DNA of 64,000 bases. Source: Octopus sinensis (taxonomy: Eukaryota). The stretch lies in NCBI RefSeq assembly GCF_006345805.1, contig NC_043001.1, positions 62,620,001-62,684,000 on the forward strand. The letters are read 5' to 3'. The first letter of the stretch is position 1; each line of letters starts with the position of its first letter. Both the position numbers and the translations under genes were made by a program. Under the pieces are notes generated by a model. The model did not search any database, was not told the origin of the DNA, and was given only the letters and a program-made list of their open reading frames with translations. This document shows positions 35,801 to 49,160 of the stretch, piece by piece.

Positions 35801-36637
35801 AAACGAGCACGGTACCGTACATTTTTGTGCCCATGTTCCGAATGTTCGGTGGTACCAACACGTGTCATGTGAGTTGCGGGTAGCACTGGGGCTTCGGGAC
35901 CGTCTGCCATCTCGTCGAGATCGGCTGGTGCTTCGACGCTGGGGACTAAACTTTAGGGCTTGTATTTGGGCTCTGAGGATTTGTATTTGCGCAGCTTGCT
36001 GCGTCATTAATGCACACAAATCCGAAATCTCGGAAGAACTGGTTTGTGCACGGAAAGGATTGGTACTGGGAGCGGCTGGCGTCACTGTCGATACCGTTGG
36101 ATATTTGTGCGGTACTTCAGCTATTTTGTCAGCTAGCTCCGCCAGTTCTTCAAGGGATGTGTTTTCTCTGGTAGACGCGAGAACAACCTGGGTATTGGAG
36201 GGCAGACGCTGGAGAAAAAGTTGCTTGAAAATTTTTTCTGGGAGCGTCTCATCTCCGAGAAGCTGTTTCATTCTCCGAAGAAGCTGGGACGGCGTTTTGT
36301 CACCCAATTCTTCCGACATCAGAAGCTGGTGAAGTCTTTTTTGTTGGGATTCTGAGGTTCTGTTTATTAACGTGGTTTTAAAAACTTCATATGAAACAGA
36401 ACCGGGTGGTGCCATGATAAGGTCACGTATTACGTTCGTTATTTCTGGTGACAGAGAACCGATAACGTGAGAAAGTCGAGCCGCATCGCTCAATATTCTG
36501 TGAGAGGCAAACTGTGCCTCTATATGGTGAAACCACAATGTCGGGTCGTGGGTCCAGAATGGTGGAATTTTTAACGAGATCGCCGCTTGGAATGCCGTGT
36601 CGATGTTGGCCGCTGGATTTTGTTCCGGGAGATTCAT
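35762..36637 (-). CDS. Gypsy Gag, 291 aa, intact
   Basis: LKIPPFWTHDPTLWFHHIEAQF, LGDKTPSQLLRRM, CWYHRTFGTWAQKCTVPC. Confidence 0.9.
   Translation of the reverse strand: MNLPEQNPAANIDTAFQAAISLKIPPFWTHDPTLWFHHIEAQFASHRILSDAARLSHVIGSLSPEITNVIRDLIMAPPGSVSYEVFKTTLINRTSESQQKRLHQLLMSEELGDKTPSQLLRRMKQLLGDETLPEKIFKQLFLQRLPSNTQVVLASTRENTSLEELAELADKIAEVPHKYPTVSTVTPAAPSTNPFRAQTSSSEISDLCALMTQQAAQIQILRAQIQALKFSPQRRSTSRSRRDGRRSRSPSATRNSHDTCWYHRTFGTWAQKCTVPCSFSSPSSGNGTARN
35780..35786 (-). promoter_or_regulatory. -1 ribosomal frameshift heptamer G GGA AAC at the gag/pol overlap
   Basis: In gag frame TCG GGA AAC; the -1 frame is the pol frame (GKRHSQEL..); 8-bp stem CCAGGAAT/GTTCCTGG begins 7 nt downstream. 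Confidence 0.75.
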
Positions 36638-36739
36638 TGTTTTCGTCAGTATTTTCAGTTGCTTCGTTGCTGGTGATGTGCAAACTGTAATTCTTCGACG
36701 CGGTTGATGAAGCTGGTTCCGGGGAAGGCGCGATTCGTT

Positions 36740-36753
36740 TTACGGGGTCACCA
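36740..36753 (-). promoter_or_regulatory. Primer-binding site TGGTGACCCCGTAA
   Basis: 2 nt inside the 5' LTR edge (36756); starts with TGG. Confidence 0.8.
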
Positions 36754-36846
36754 AATGTAGTGGATGCGTGGATGTATTAATAAATACATAAGTTGTTTTG
36801 TAATAAATTAAAGATTTATTTTCACTACATCAATTTGTAAGCAATG

Positions 36847-39529
36847 TGTAACGTCAGTGTGAATATCTTCTCTGGACCTTTTGGGGGTGCGAGAAGCAAT
36901 CACTTTCCGTTGCTTTAATATCCAGATTCTCTACCAGTCAGAAACAACAAGACGCAGACGTAAAATATATATATCTACTTTATTCTCTTATGACAGTAAC
37001 AAATAAGTGGTATATCTGGGTATCCCTTTGGTATAGATGTGTCAGAGCTGAACGTTATCGCTGTAGAATTTACAAAGTTCAAATGCTAACGACACTGGTC
37101 AAAGATGGCGTCCAGAACAGGGAGATGATGTTGTCTGCAACAATTTGGTTAAAGCCTTCGGCCGACTGCTATCAAAAATGGACAGCGAGAAAATATACGT
37201 CCGTTGCCTTCGGTCGCTTTGTCTCAAGTCAGTGACTGCTGCTGGACGCTAGTGGTCAACGTCCTACGATCCCCCTGCCTCGGCTAACTGCCACGTAGGC
37301 AAATGGTCCTACTTCCGGTGCTTCGCGCATGCGCGAGAGGGCCCCTCCTCTCTGCCTTGGTGAAAGCACCAACACCGCACGCGCGAAATAGAAATGGACG
37401 GTGCGCGTGCGCGCACCGTTATATAGGATCACTACAGAGCTCCGCCCCAGTGCGAAGCACGACACAAAATTCCCTGTAGTCACTATAAAACTCAAGGTGG
37501 ATACCAGATAACCAAATAGCACACAATATAATAAAAATGGCAAAATTTACAACATACACAAGAAATTTACCAAAAGGGAAAAAAGAGAAAAAATACTCAA
37601 AATGAGCAAAATCAAAGTGCATGCGTGAAGGTGGATACGTCACAAAGTATAGAGCCTTCCACTGTAGGGAAGCAAAACTCACAGTTAATGAACCTAGGCG
37701 AAATTAAATCCAACTCCTCTAAAGGTGGTTGATCCTGCGAAATAGCAGTTAAATCAATTGCTGCAGGAGAGGAAATGGAACCGACAGATAGATCGCCAGT
37801 AACACAAAAGGCGACAGTGCAAGCATGCTGGTGTGATGCGCGACACAGATAATTTTCTCTGTTAATTACGTGACCAACAGGGAAAAATTTACGCCTATAC
37901 ATGGCGCAGCGCATGTGAACATCCGACGTTCTTTGAGTCGGGAAAAGAACTAAGCTAACGCAAACGTGTTGCAAAAACAAGGCAGTACACGTGCGGAGCA
38001 AAGGCGCATGAAATGCAATAGGGCTTGCCAGACCGAAAAAACAGCAATGAATATGCCAGTGGTTGAGCGATTATATGCCTCGTTCGTACAGGAACAAAAG
38101 TATGGCATGCCGGCGCGTTATAATGGACAAACAACCCTCTCTATGTATACGTGACCCCTAGGGTCTATAGAAATGAGGTGTGTCCACAAAAGGCAAATTT
38201 AGCATGGAAAAAACAAGCGAGAAAAGCATGTGTGACGTATGTATGTGAGAGAGATAGCATTTATGTGTGTGTACGTGTGTGCAACAAAAATACAACAAGG
38301 TGAATGCGAGCAAAAATAAAAATACAGCGCATAGAAAAAGTCTCTCAGGGCTATTTCAGACAATGGAGTTAATTTACCAGTCTCTAATAGCCTGATGCAC
38401 AATAGCAGTTCGTTTTGTAACAGAATGTTGAAATCACAAATGCAGATGCCGATTGAACACATATCGTGTACCGGTTGTAGCTTCGATGCTGTGACAGGTT
38501 AACTGGAACAGAAGAATCTCGCAGATAGTGCTGGGCTGTTAATTCCTTGGTGTGCCATGCACAAACAGCAAGTGGGCTAAACTTCCGCGAGTTGCTATTT
38601 ACATCTTGTTGTGTCGACGGTGTTGAAGGCGACTGGTGGTGGAGGCGACTGTGGTGTGGACTTGAGACAACATTGTTCTTAGTGGTGATGGCGACGAAGA
38701 TAACGACGACGTGAAGTTCTAAGACGATGATGATGATGACGAAGGCAGAGAAAAAGCATCGATGATATGATGGCGTCCGTAATTATGTTGAAGAATAAAA
38801 AAGGCTCCTTCTATAACTGTCCGAGGGGACCGGAAACAAATCGTCGAAAGATGATGACTGCGTAGAGTTAAATCGTGTTCCGACCTGGCAGAAAAACTGG
38901 ATTTCTTTGTTGTTAAGTGATCTCTGGTTTTAGACCAGAATCACGTCGGGGTCACCAGTGTAACGTCAGTGTGAATATCTTCTCTGGACCTTTTGGGGGT
39001 GCGAGAAGCAATCACTTTCCGTTGCTTTAATATCCAGATTCTCTACCAGTCAGAAACAACAAGACGCAGACGTAAAATATATATATCTACTTTATTCTCT
39101 TATGACAGTAACAAATAAGTGGTATATCTGGGTATCCCTTTGGTATAGATGTGTCAGAGCTGAACGTTATCGCTGTAGAATTTACAAAGTTCAAATGCTA
39201 ACGACACTGGTCAAAGATGGCGTCCGGAACAGGGAGATGATGTTGTCTGCAACAATTTGGTTAAAGCCTTCGGCTGACTGCTATCAAAAATGGACAGCGA
39301 GAAAATATACGTCCGTTGCCTTCGGTCGCTTTGTCTCAAGTCAATGACTGCTGCTGGACGCTAGTGGTCAACGTCCTATGATCCCCCTGCCACGTAGACA
39401 AATGGTCCTACTTCCGGTGCTTCGCGCATGCGCGAGAGGGCCCCTCCTCTCTGCCTTGGTGAAGGCACCAACACCGCACGCGCGAAATAGAAATGGACGG
39501 TGCGCGTACCGTTATATAGGATCACTACA
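36847..39529 (-). mobile_element. Non-autonomous LTR element nested in the Gypsy 5' LTR, TSD AATG
   Basis: LTRs 36847-37436 and 38959-39529 (TGTAAC..ACTACA); PBS TGGTGACCCCGACG at 38944-38957; AATG at 36843-36846 and 39530-39533; 1.5-kb interior has only decayed gag/pol remnants (AIDLTAISQDQ..ILCDVST). Confidence 0.92.
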
Positions 39530-40076
39530 AATGTTACACATCGCTTGTACAAAATGCATATTAAATAATGCTTGCAAATAATACATATTAAAGAATGCAT
39601 AATACATGGTACATATTAAAGAAGAATATGTTTGATGGTGTGTGTGTGTGTGATTAAATCATGCAGGACAATCACCTTTATGAATATTCTCTCGTCGTCT
39701 CCATAAATGCGTGGCGTTCTCTTAAGCGTTGGTTCTGGTTCTCTGCAGATACCTATTTCTCCGTTCTATTTATAAAATCTCAAATAGCCAGAAAAATAGA
39801 TATATCGCAAGAGAGTTATCGTTAAAGTAGGTCGCTGGTCGTTCCGTCAAACTTCGCCTGACCTGCTCAGGTCAGAGGTCGAAGGGAGACGATCCATCAT
39901 TTTTTGTCAGAACAAAGAGATTCTGATTTGGCGCCTTTTTGTGCATTGGTATTTGCCGACCAATGATTCTTGGATTTGATTTCGAATCCAAGCTTAGAGA
40001 AGGAAGTGCTAATTCTTACACATATATATATACATACATACATATATAAACATACATGTATATATACATATATATA

Positions 40077-40112
<36 letters not shown>

Positions 40113-40134
40113 ACATACATATATATACATATAT

Positions 40135-40201
<67 letters not shown>

Positions 40202-41470
40202 TATATATATGTATGTATATAATACAAATAAGAAAATGGAGAAACAAATTTGGTTTTTTCATCAACTTTTGGACATTAGGATGTTGGATTATTTATTCAT
40301 TAAACAAAATGAGAACCTCAATAGCGTACATATATATCTTATAATTCAATACATATAAGATAAGAATACAAATTATATGAATCATAATATAAATTATTGA
40401 AATCATTAAAATCACTTCTTACAGCTGTTTTAGCCTATGGCTAAAAGTAATTTAAATTTTTATTGCCTATAGTTGTCAACCTAATGAGGTTGTAGGCATT
40501 TAAAAGTAGGATACTTATATATATAACCACAGGCGTCATCAGAGGTTATAAGGAACTTTAAAAATATTAATATTAATACATGAAACATGATACACGTATT
40601 ATTTAATAAAAAATAATACGTGTATAAAAAATATGAACAAATATCCATATAGACACACACACAGTCTCCCTCTCTCACTAGACAATGATAAAAAAGAAAT
40701 GCAGACAATTTTTTGAAAAGTGACACTTTGCCCCCCTTGGAGTTACAAAAGAGACCAACAAAACAATTTTTTCTTCTTTTTCTTTAACACTTCTTTCAGA
40801 TACAAACACACACACATGCTTTCTCTCACATTCTCCCCATTCATCACCCTCTTGTACAATCTCATATCCCTCCCCACCACTACACACTCAATAAAACTAT
40901 AAAAATGGTCAAATTTTCCCCAAGAACTTACTTCAATTTGAAAACTCCACCAGAATGGACGAAAGCACTAATATATGATATATGATGTATAAAAACATGT
41001 AATATACAAATAAATATCTGTAAATATAAAAACCATCCGAATTTCTGAGTACCTCATTTCTTCTAATATAAAATACCTGTACATCATCTCCAAACCTTCT
41101 AATATATATATAAACTGAGAATGTGTGGCTGTCTGTATGTATGCATTACTTAAACTTGAAAACTGCTCAACCAATTTCATTCCTATTTTACATATGCCTT
41201 ACTTAGGGTCCATGCAGTGCCATGGCCCAAAAAATTTTCAAATTCTTGCCTAATGTGGACCGGGAGCAAACTCTTATTTCTTACACTATTTCAGTATTTA
41301 CGTGTCAAAAGTTAAACAATAACAGCACTATTGTAATGTGAGATAATACTTTCAGTTTCAATAGTTTCACTATTAATACTTTCAATATGTATTCAATATA
41401 GACACTGAAAATATTAACTCACATATATACCTCTCTATATATATGTGTATATATTCTTTTTATTTCTCGT

Positions 41471-42645
41471 ATTGTATTTTCCTGTACATGTATTTTTATC
41501 TTGTATTTTATTTTGTAGTTTTATTTGTATCGTTTTTACGTCCTGTTTATGATACATTTTTTTCTTGCTTGTTTTTACCCCTCTGCGAGGCAATTTGATT
41601 TTAATTCTCTCGCAGGAAGGATTAGTTTAGCGAGTCGTGTCCTGTCTTGCCTTCGAAACACGCTGGAGCCGAACTAGTGACAGCTGATGATAGGGGATTT
41701 TTCCTTGTGTAGTATGTCCTGTACTTGTTTTTTCTGTTGTAAAAAAATAGTTTTTCCGTTTTCGTTGAGTTCTACGTCTAGTTGTGGTGTCCTGTACTCA
41801 CGTGTATATATATTTATATATGCATGTATATATACATGTAGATGTAGGTACGTACATATATATTTTATTTATTACACTATCGTTTGACAGCGCCTTCGCG
41901 TCGGGTTCCATTCGATTCGTTCCGTTTCTTATTCTCCTAGTACTGTTTTATATATAATTATGATGCGAAATTCTTTCTCTCTTTGCTTTACCTTCCCCTC
42001 TCTCTCAGCCGCTTGTCTTCCTCTATCTCTCACTCCTCCTCATCTTTGCCACTGCTAGCCAAAACTACTTCCTTTTACACACGGCTTTCAAACTATAAAG
42101 ACACACATTTGTGTTCTCATGCGCTGCTAGAATCTCCTTCGTCTCAGCCAGAAAAAAGGCCTTTTCGTTTGTTTTCTTGTTTATTTTTATTTCTCATATT
42201 GTATTTTCCTGTACATGTATTTTTATCTTGTAGTTTTATTTGTATCGTTTTTACGTCCTGTTTGTGATACATTTTTTCTTGCTTGTTTTTACTCCTCTGC
42301 GAGGCAATTTTATTTTAATTCTCTCGCAGGAAGGACTAGTTTAGCGAGTTGTGTCCTGTCTTGCCTTCGAAACACGCTGGAGCTGAACTGATGATAGGGG
42401 ATTTTTCCTTGTGTAGTATGTCCTGTACTTGTTTTTACTGTTGTAAAAAAATAGTTTTTCCGTGTTCGTTTCCCGTTGAGTTCTACGTCTCTGTTTTTCT
42501 GTTGTAAAAAAAAATGGTTTTTCCGTTTTTCGTTGAGTTCTACGTCTAGTTGTGGTGTCCTGTACTCACGTGTATATATATTTATATATGCATGTAGATG
42601 TAGGTACGTACATATATGTATGCATATATTTTATTTATTACACTA
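41471..42645. repeat. Two ~410-450 bp direct repeats separated by ~320 bp
   Basis: ATTGTATTTTCCTGTACATG..GCCTTCGAAACACGCTGGAGC..ATTACACTAT at 41471-41880 and 42198-42645. Confidence 0.8.
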
Positions 42646-42992
42646 TATATATATATCATGAAGTATACTTTCCACTTAAATGTGGCTAACCCCTAAGGGT
42701 GGATGCTACTGTAGCTTGTAGCCCCAGGAGGTCACCTCCTCCAGCTGGCTATTGACACACTTTGTGCCCTATCAGTATTTGCAAAGGGAAGCCATCCTTC
42801 ACTATAATGTCACATAGTTGAGTGTGTGTATATATGAATATAAATACGTTACATTTTATAGGACTTTCTATTTTTGTTAACATGTCTGTGCTTTGAGCTT
42901 GTTACTTACATCCTTTCTGATGAGATTGGTGTATTGCTGACCATAATTTATCCGGTCAGCCAGTAAGCCATGCACCTTCACACACACATATA

Positions 42993-45165
42993 TAGGCATA
43001 CCTTACCCTATGTCGTTAATTGGAGACACGAGTCGAATTAACTTGTCAATAATAATCATTCCCAGTTCTGTACTTTATTTATGGATGCATTTTCAATAAT
43101 ACTTATTTTATGCATATAAACAGATAATTTTCATTTTTAAATACTGTACAGTAAAAAAAAAAAAGTAATCTAAATTTACAAATACAATTTGGCGGTGTTT
43201 ACCATATAGTGCGGACTCTTTATTTATGAATGCGGTTTGTATTAAGACATGGTAAAATAAGAGCCTTTTTAAAGCTTAAAAAACAAATTCAGTAATTATC
43301 ATTTTGCAATAGTAAAAAAAACATTAACTATTTTAAATTGACCCATATGTATCTACAATTTGGTCGTTTACATTAGGAATATAGATGGCTGTGGATCATC
43401 AACATCAATAGTTGACTGTTTTTGTTGTTCGACACGCTTAAAAAACTGGTTGAGAGTTCCTGGAACTGTCTTCTTTTCCTCAAGGATTACCTTCTAAGGG
43501 GCAAAACATCATAGAAAGACCTTTTTCAATACTTGCTGCATTTTCTTAATGGTCAAGTGACATGGCTCAGGTTTGACTTCCTCTTCATTTTGCTGCTTGT
43601 GAAGCTCTATCAAATCCTCATTTGTCAGGGGCTGGTTGTCTTTTTCAAATAAATCTGTGAAATCATCCTCCTCCAAATTCATTTCCAGTTCTTTGCTCAG
43701 TCACCAGTGTTTTGTTGATAGCGACATTGTCAAACCCCTTAAAATCATTCATGAATTGTGGACATAGCTTCTTCCATACACCATTCAGAGCTGTGCTCTG
43801 TACATCATTCCATGCCACTGCTATGTTATGCACAGCCTTGTAGATATTGTATCTCTTCCAAAAGTCACAATGTGTGATGGATTCAAAATCAGTTGCAGCT
43901 ATTGCTTGCTGCAGTGTATGCTTCACATAGTAATGCTTGAAGATAGCAATTATTCCCTGATCCATTGGCTGCAGGAGAGTTGTTGTGTTCAGAGGGAGGT
44001 ATACAATGGTAACATTGGGGTCAAAATATATGATGTTTTGCGGGTAGCCAGGAGCATTATCTAAGATAAGTAAAACCTTAGAATGAAATCCTCTTCTCCT
44101 TACAGTACTTCTCTGCTGCTGGAATAAAATGATTGAAAAACTAATCTTCAAAAAAACAATAGTAACCCATGCTTTTGAATTAGTTATTCACATAACAGGG
44201 AAAGATGCCTTGGATATGTTCTTCAATAATGGGGTTTGTGTGCATGATGCACAAGCTTTAACTTTTAAAAATCTGTTTGGAAAGAAACCAGTTTTCTTCG
44301 ATGATTTTCTTTAATGCGTTAGGAAATTCCACTGCTGCTTGTTCATCAGCTGACCCACCTTCACCTTGCTTTTTAATGGAGTGATAACTTCTTTGCTCCT
44401 TAAATCTCATGAACCATCCTTGGCTTGCCTTGAATTCTACATCTTTCTCATCCAGATATTTTTTCTTCAGGTCCTCAAAGACGACGCTTTCTCTTGAATG
44501 ATTTCTTGACTAATAGTAGCACACTGACAATTCAACCTAACAATCCTGAAAAAGAAGACTTGCCATTTCTCCAAAGATTTTGCCACTTTTCTTATTGATG
44601 ACAGTGTTCTTCATTCCTTTGATATATGCTAAACTCTCGTCCTTATGTACAATTATCGATGCAGTTGTCCAACTCATCCCAAAAGAGCATGCAATTGCTA
44701 CCATTTTTTCACAGCCAGTTTATCTTTCAGCATTATAGCATGATGCTTAGCACTTTCACTATGAATTTTCTTAGGAGCCATGGGCCAAAAAAAGGTCACA
44801 AATGAATGAGAAAGTAACTGATAAACAGATGTAAACAATTCTGAATTCAAAACAATCGTGGGGATCATTAGAGACAAGGCCTAATGGTAGATATTGGAAC
44901 TACACTACAATATGATCTCCAACACAGCTGATTTCATTCACTAAGCTACACTACTTTATGGTGTGTATTTACTGTATATATTTTAATATGATTTTATGCT
45001 ATTCTTATTTATTGTACAGTAACGCGATTCTGTGCTTTTAACTGTTTTCTAGCGATTTTATGATTCCAATATTTGTAGCAGACAGAGTCAAGTAAAATGA
45101 CTTGACTTGATTTTTATTTTTGAAAACCCACGTAAATCAAAACGATTAAAGCCGAGGTATGCTTG
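42993..45165 (-). mobile_element. Tigger/pogo DNA transposon fossil with both ends
   Basis: ORF 43663..44151(-) LLILDNAPGYP..LQPMDQGIIAIFKHYY (DDE_1/TIGD1-like); ends TAGGCATACCTTA and, reverse-complemented, CAAGCATACCTCG; TA on the left. Confidence 0.8.
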
Positions 45166-45247
45166 CATACCTAATACATAGAATATAGATATACAATATA
45201 TATATATACACACTATATATAATTAAAAATATACATACATATAAATT

Positions 45248-45858
45248 ATCATCATCATCATCATCATTTAGCGTCCGTTTTCCATGCTAGCATGGGTTGG
45301 ACGGTTCTACTGGGGTCTGTGAAGCCAGAAGGCTTCATCAGGCCCAGTCAAATCTGGCAGTGTTTCTACGGCTGGATGCCCTTCCTAACGCCAACCACTC
45401 CGTGAGTGTAGTGGGTGCTTTTTACGTGCCACCCGCACTGGTGCCAGACAGAGCTGGCAAACGGCCACGAACGGATGGTGCTTTTTATGTGCCACCGGCA
45501 CGAGGGCCAGGCGAGGCTGGCAACGGACACGAAACGGGGCGGTGCTGGCAACGGTCGCGAAACGGAAAGTTCTCTTACATGCCACCGGCACTGGTAGCAC
45601 ATCCGCAATTTCCATTGATCGATTTCGATTCTGATCCTCACTTGCCTCAACACGTCTTCACAAGTAGAGTTTTGTGTCCCAAGAAGGGAAGGTATGCATA
45701 CGTAGGCTGGCTCCATCCCATGTAGAAGGCCACGGGTTGTGGACTCACTTGTCCTGCCGGGTCTTCTCGCACACAGCACACTTCCAGAGGTCTCGGTCTC
45801 TAGTCATTTCCTCAGTGAGACTTAAAGTTCGAAGGTCGTGCTTCACCACCTCGTCCCA
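45248..45858 (-). mobile_element. 5'-truncated RTE copy
   Basis: (ATC)n, conserved tail and last RT codons (WDEVVKHDLRTL). Confidence 0.88.
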
Positions 45859-45904
45859 TATATATACACATACCATACTATAATATATATATATATATAT
45901 ATAC

Positions 45905-46015
45905 ATATTCTTTTATTTGTTCTAGTCATTTGACTGCAGCCATGCTACGGCACAGCCTTTATTCAAATAATCTGACGCCAAGACTTATTCTTTGTAAGCC
46001 AAGTACTTATTCTAA
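45905..46015. repeat. SINE fragment
   Basis: TTCTTTTATTTGTT..AGTCATTTGACTGCAGCCATGCT..AGTACTTATTC, also at 55233-55400. Confidence 0.6.
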
Positions 46016-47569
46016 TAAAAGAATTAAGCATCCTCACTATATAAGACTGGCTCCTTTCTTCTGTAGGTTCCAAAAAATGAGGGTAGTGATTGAAAGGTAG
46101 GTCCAGTGAGATTGTGGAGATGCTGAAGCAGAAATGAATGGATGTGTTGTGTGTGCATAAGGTAGTAAACAGCAGTTGAAACTTTTCTGGGTGAGAAAAG
46201 GATAGATAAAATAAGAGGTAGTTAAAGTGTGTGATAGAATAATTAAGACTAATTACAGGTAACTGGGAACTTCAATGACCAGAGCTCTAGCCACATTTTT
46301 TGGTTAAGTCCGTGCAAAGACAGTCTGATATATCATCATAATTTAACAGGTTGATAGGGTAGTTAAAGCCAAGGGAAGGCTTGTAAAAACTGGAAGGATG
46401 GAGGTAATATGGAATACTACATAACTATTAGGGCATCTGGTGTGCCTGGCTGAAGGTGAGGCAGAAAAGAAAACCTGGGTGAGAGAAATTCCCATTTCAT
46501 TTCCTCACACTTGAATCATAGACATACCACAATATAAAGACGCTAAAACCTTAATCTTACCTGTAAACCTAGATTAATACCCACTTGATTTGTTTATATA
46601 TTATATATATATATATTTTTACACTCTTGCATTTCATTGCACTATCTTGCAGATTATAGGACATGCAATCTGAAGAAATAAATAATAAAAGTTAGGATCC
46701 CAACTGTAAACACATGCAGACCTGAAACTTTAGTTGTTTTGAGGCTTCTTTACTATATGTATAAACACCACTAAAAATGCTCAACAAGCATTTGGACAGA
46801 AACAGTCAGCATATATTAGAATGAAAAATGTAGGCTAGAATATTTTAAAGTATTGAACCAAGTACAGAAGAAGAAAAAATCTTAAAATATTGTTGCTGGA
46901 GTTAGAATTTCCTAAAAATATTTCTGAAATTGCTCAGATAGTGTGTGCAATTTCTGTTTCTTTTATTTGTACTTTTCTTTTTAAAATAACAGATTCAATT
47001 TGGTTGAGGACTAAATTAGTGACAAAGCCTAGATTTGCTGACATGTGACTAAAAAGTGATCTTAATATTTTTTTAAAACGAACTTTAAAGCATGAGCAAG
47101 TTGGTATTTTAGAAATAATAAAGGAAATTTTGAACACAGACTGTGAAAACAAGTAAATACATAACCATGTATGTCTTAAATTTTGGCTAATTAGTAAGTA
47201 CCATTAAGCTAAATGACAACATATATTGCCAACTTTTATAACACTAAATATCTTAAAATCATCATCATCAAACGACAAAAATATTTTGATTTGTTAAATT
47301 GATCACCTTTTTTCATCACTTAAAGCCACACCATATTTTTTGACAAGGTGCTCATAAGATTCATCACAGCTGTTTCATTTGTCAAGTTTTCTTTTACATT
47401 TAGCAGAGAAATTTTGCATCAAAATCAATTTCGGAGGTTACCTTTTTTTTTGTCACAAAGCCATATTAGCTTTTTTGTAAAAATTTTTAAACAAAGTTTT
47501 CACCAAAAGATTTTTTCAATGAGCACGTTGTTATAAACTAATTAATCTGCACTTTTCTTGATAAATAAC

Positions 47570-48035
47570 ATCATCATTATCATCGTTTAATGTCCGTTTT
47601 CTGTGCTAGCACGGGTTGGACGGTTTGACCAGGTTCTGGGAAGCCAGGAGGCTGCACCAGACCCCAGTCTGATCTGGCAGTATTTCAACAGCTGGATGCC
47701 CTTCCTAATACCAACCACTCCGCGAGTGTTGTGGGTGCCTTTTACCAGGAGAGGCTGGTAGCGGCCACGATCAGTTCGTGCTTTTTACGTGCCACCGGCA
47801 CAGAAGCCAGTCAAGGTGGCGCTGGCGTCGGCCACGTTCGAATGGTGCTTTTTACATGCCACCGGCACAGGTATCACAACTACAATTTCCATTTAATATT
47901 TATTTTGATGTTGATGTACTTGACTCAATAGGTCTCCTGTTTCTGAGTATCTGTGGTGTGTATTGTCCCTGTGCATCTGCCACACATGAAAGCTATCTTA
48001 TCAGTTAATTTCCCTTTGATGTTGCTGCACCTCTT
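47570..48035 (-). mobile_element. RTE 3' fragment with an adjoining PHD-region scrap
   Basis: Conserved tail and 3' UTR of the 26760 subfamily; 47940-48035 matches the CGRCTG..TQK region. Confidence 0.8.
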
Positions 48036-48621
48036 TGTTAAATAACATACAGTGATTAAAATTCAGTTTTTGGCCTTACTCTCCCATTTTTGACTAAAAG
48101 TCGACCTTTTTCAATAGAAATGAATCCATGTTAATATCATACAATTTTGAACAAAAAGGGTGAAAAAAAAACAACAAAAAAACCAATCCAGTATAGATAA
48201 ATCAAGTCAATGAGATGAATAGAAAAAGTAGGCAAAATTTTATTTTTCGACAAAGCCTTTTCACATTTTATCAACCCCATTAATGGTTATGGAAATGGAG
48301 AGGGTGGGGTATAAAATAAAGAAATATTTTCTTTTAAACATTTTATCATATTAAGAAGTCTATGCCACAAAAACAGAAGTTCAATTTGCACCCACACCTG
48401 TTTCTTCACTTCAGGTGAATGCATTGCAGCATTTTCAGTGCACCAACATGGCTGGGAATTGCAATGTCTTATATTTTCTTTTTAAATAAGAAATTTAAAA
48501 ATCTGAGTGTTTGTTTAATATAAGTAAACTTTGTTAAGAGTGACAATTAAAATCTAAAAAAAAAAGTGACAATTAAAATCTTAAAAATAAAGACAGATGT
48601 ATAGAGTAAACCTATACTCAC

Positions 48622-48666
<45 letters not shown>

Positions 48667-49160
48667 AATGGCAACTATACATGCAGCTTTTAAAATACCT
48701 ACTCTTTAGCTTTGTAACAGTTAAAGCTTAATATATTTCTTTGTTTCTAATAAAAAAGCTGTACAAATCAACTTTCTACTATATATAAAAGATTAACATC
48801 CAGCTTCATGACAGAAATACTTTTCTAGATGTATAAGATTATCTAATCATCTTACTCAGAAACAATAGCATTAAAATGTAATTTACATGAAAGACAAACT
48901 GTAACAATAATATTTACCACTCAGATATAAAGATATTGTCAAACAATATCATGTTATTTATATTAGAAACCTTCTAATGTTAAGGCATGAAGGAATGATT
49001 AGGCAAATGATACAGGAAAAATATAAAGGGACATTTAAAATTCAGAGAATGAAGGTATCAGATGAATAGCCCAGTCTGAAATGTTCAGCTGAAGCAAGTT
49101 ATACAAATATACGGAATCAACATTACAACTCATTTCAATTAAGGTAAATTAATAATACAG

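Larger units (their letters stand above)
31505..40020 (-). mobile_element. Ty3/Gypsy LTR retrotransposon, full length, 4-bp TSD CATA
   Basis: 3' LTR 31505-32060; 5' LTR split 36756-36846 and 39534-40020; CATA at 31501-31504 and 40021-40024; gag and PR-RT-RH-IN order. Confidence 0.95.

Noticed and set aside
41650-41700. GAAAC..CTGATGA as a permuted hammerhead
   Set aside because: Stems do not pair and spacing differs between the two repeat copies
46640-46850. Mariner N-terminal remnant
   Set aside because: Only a short weak resemblance; no termini found
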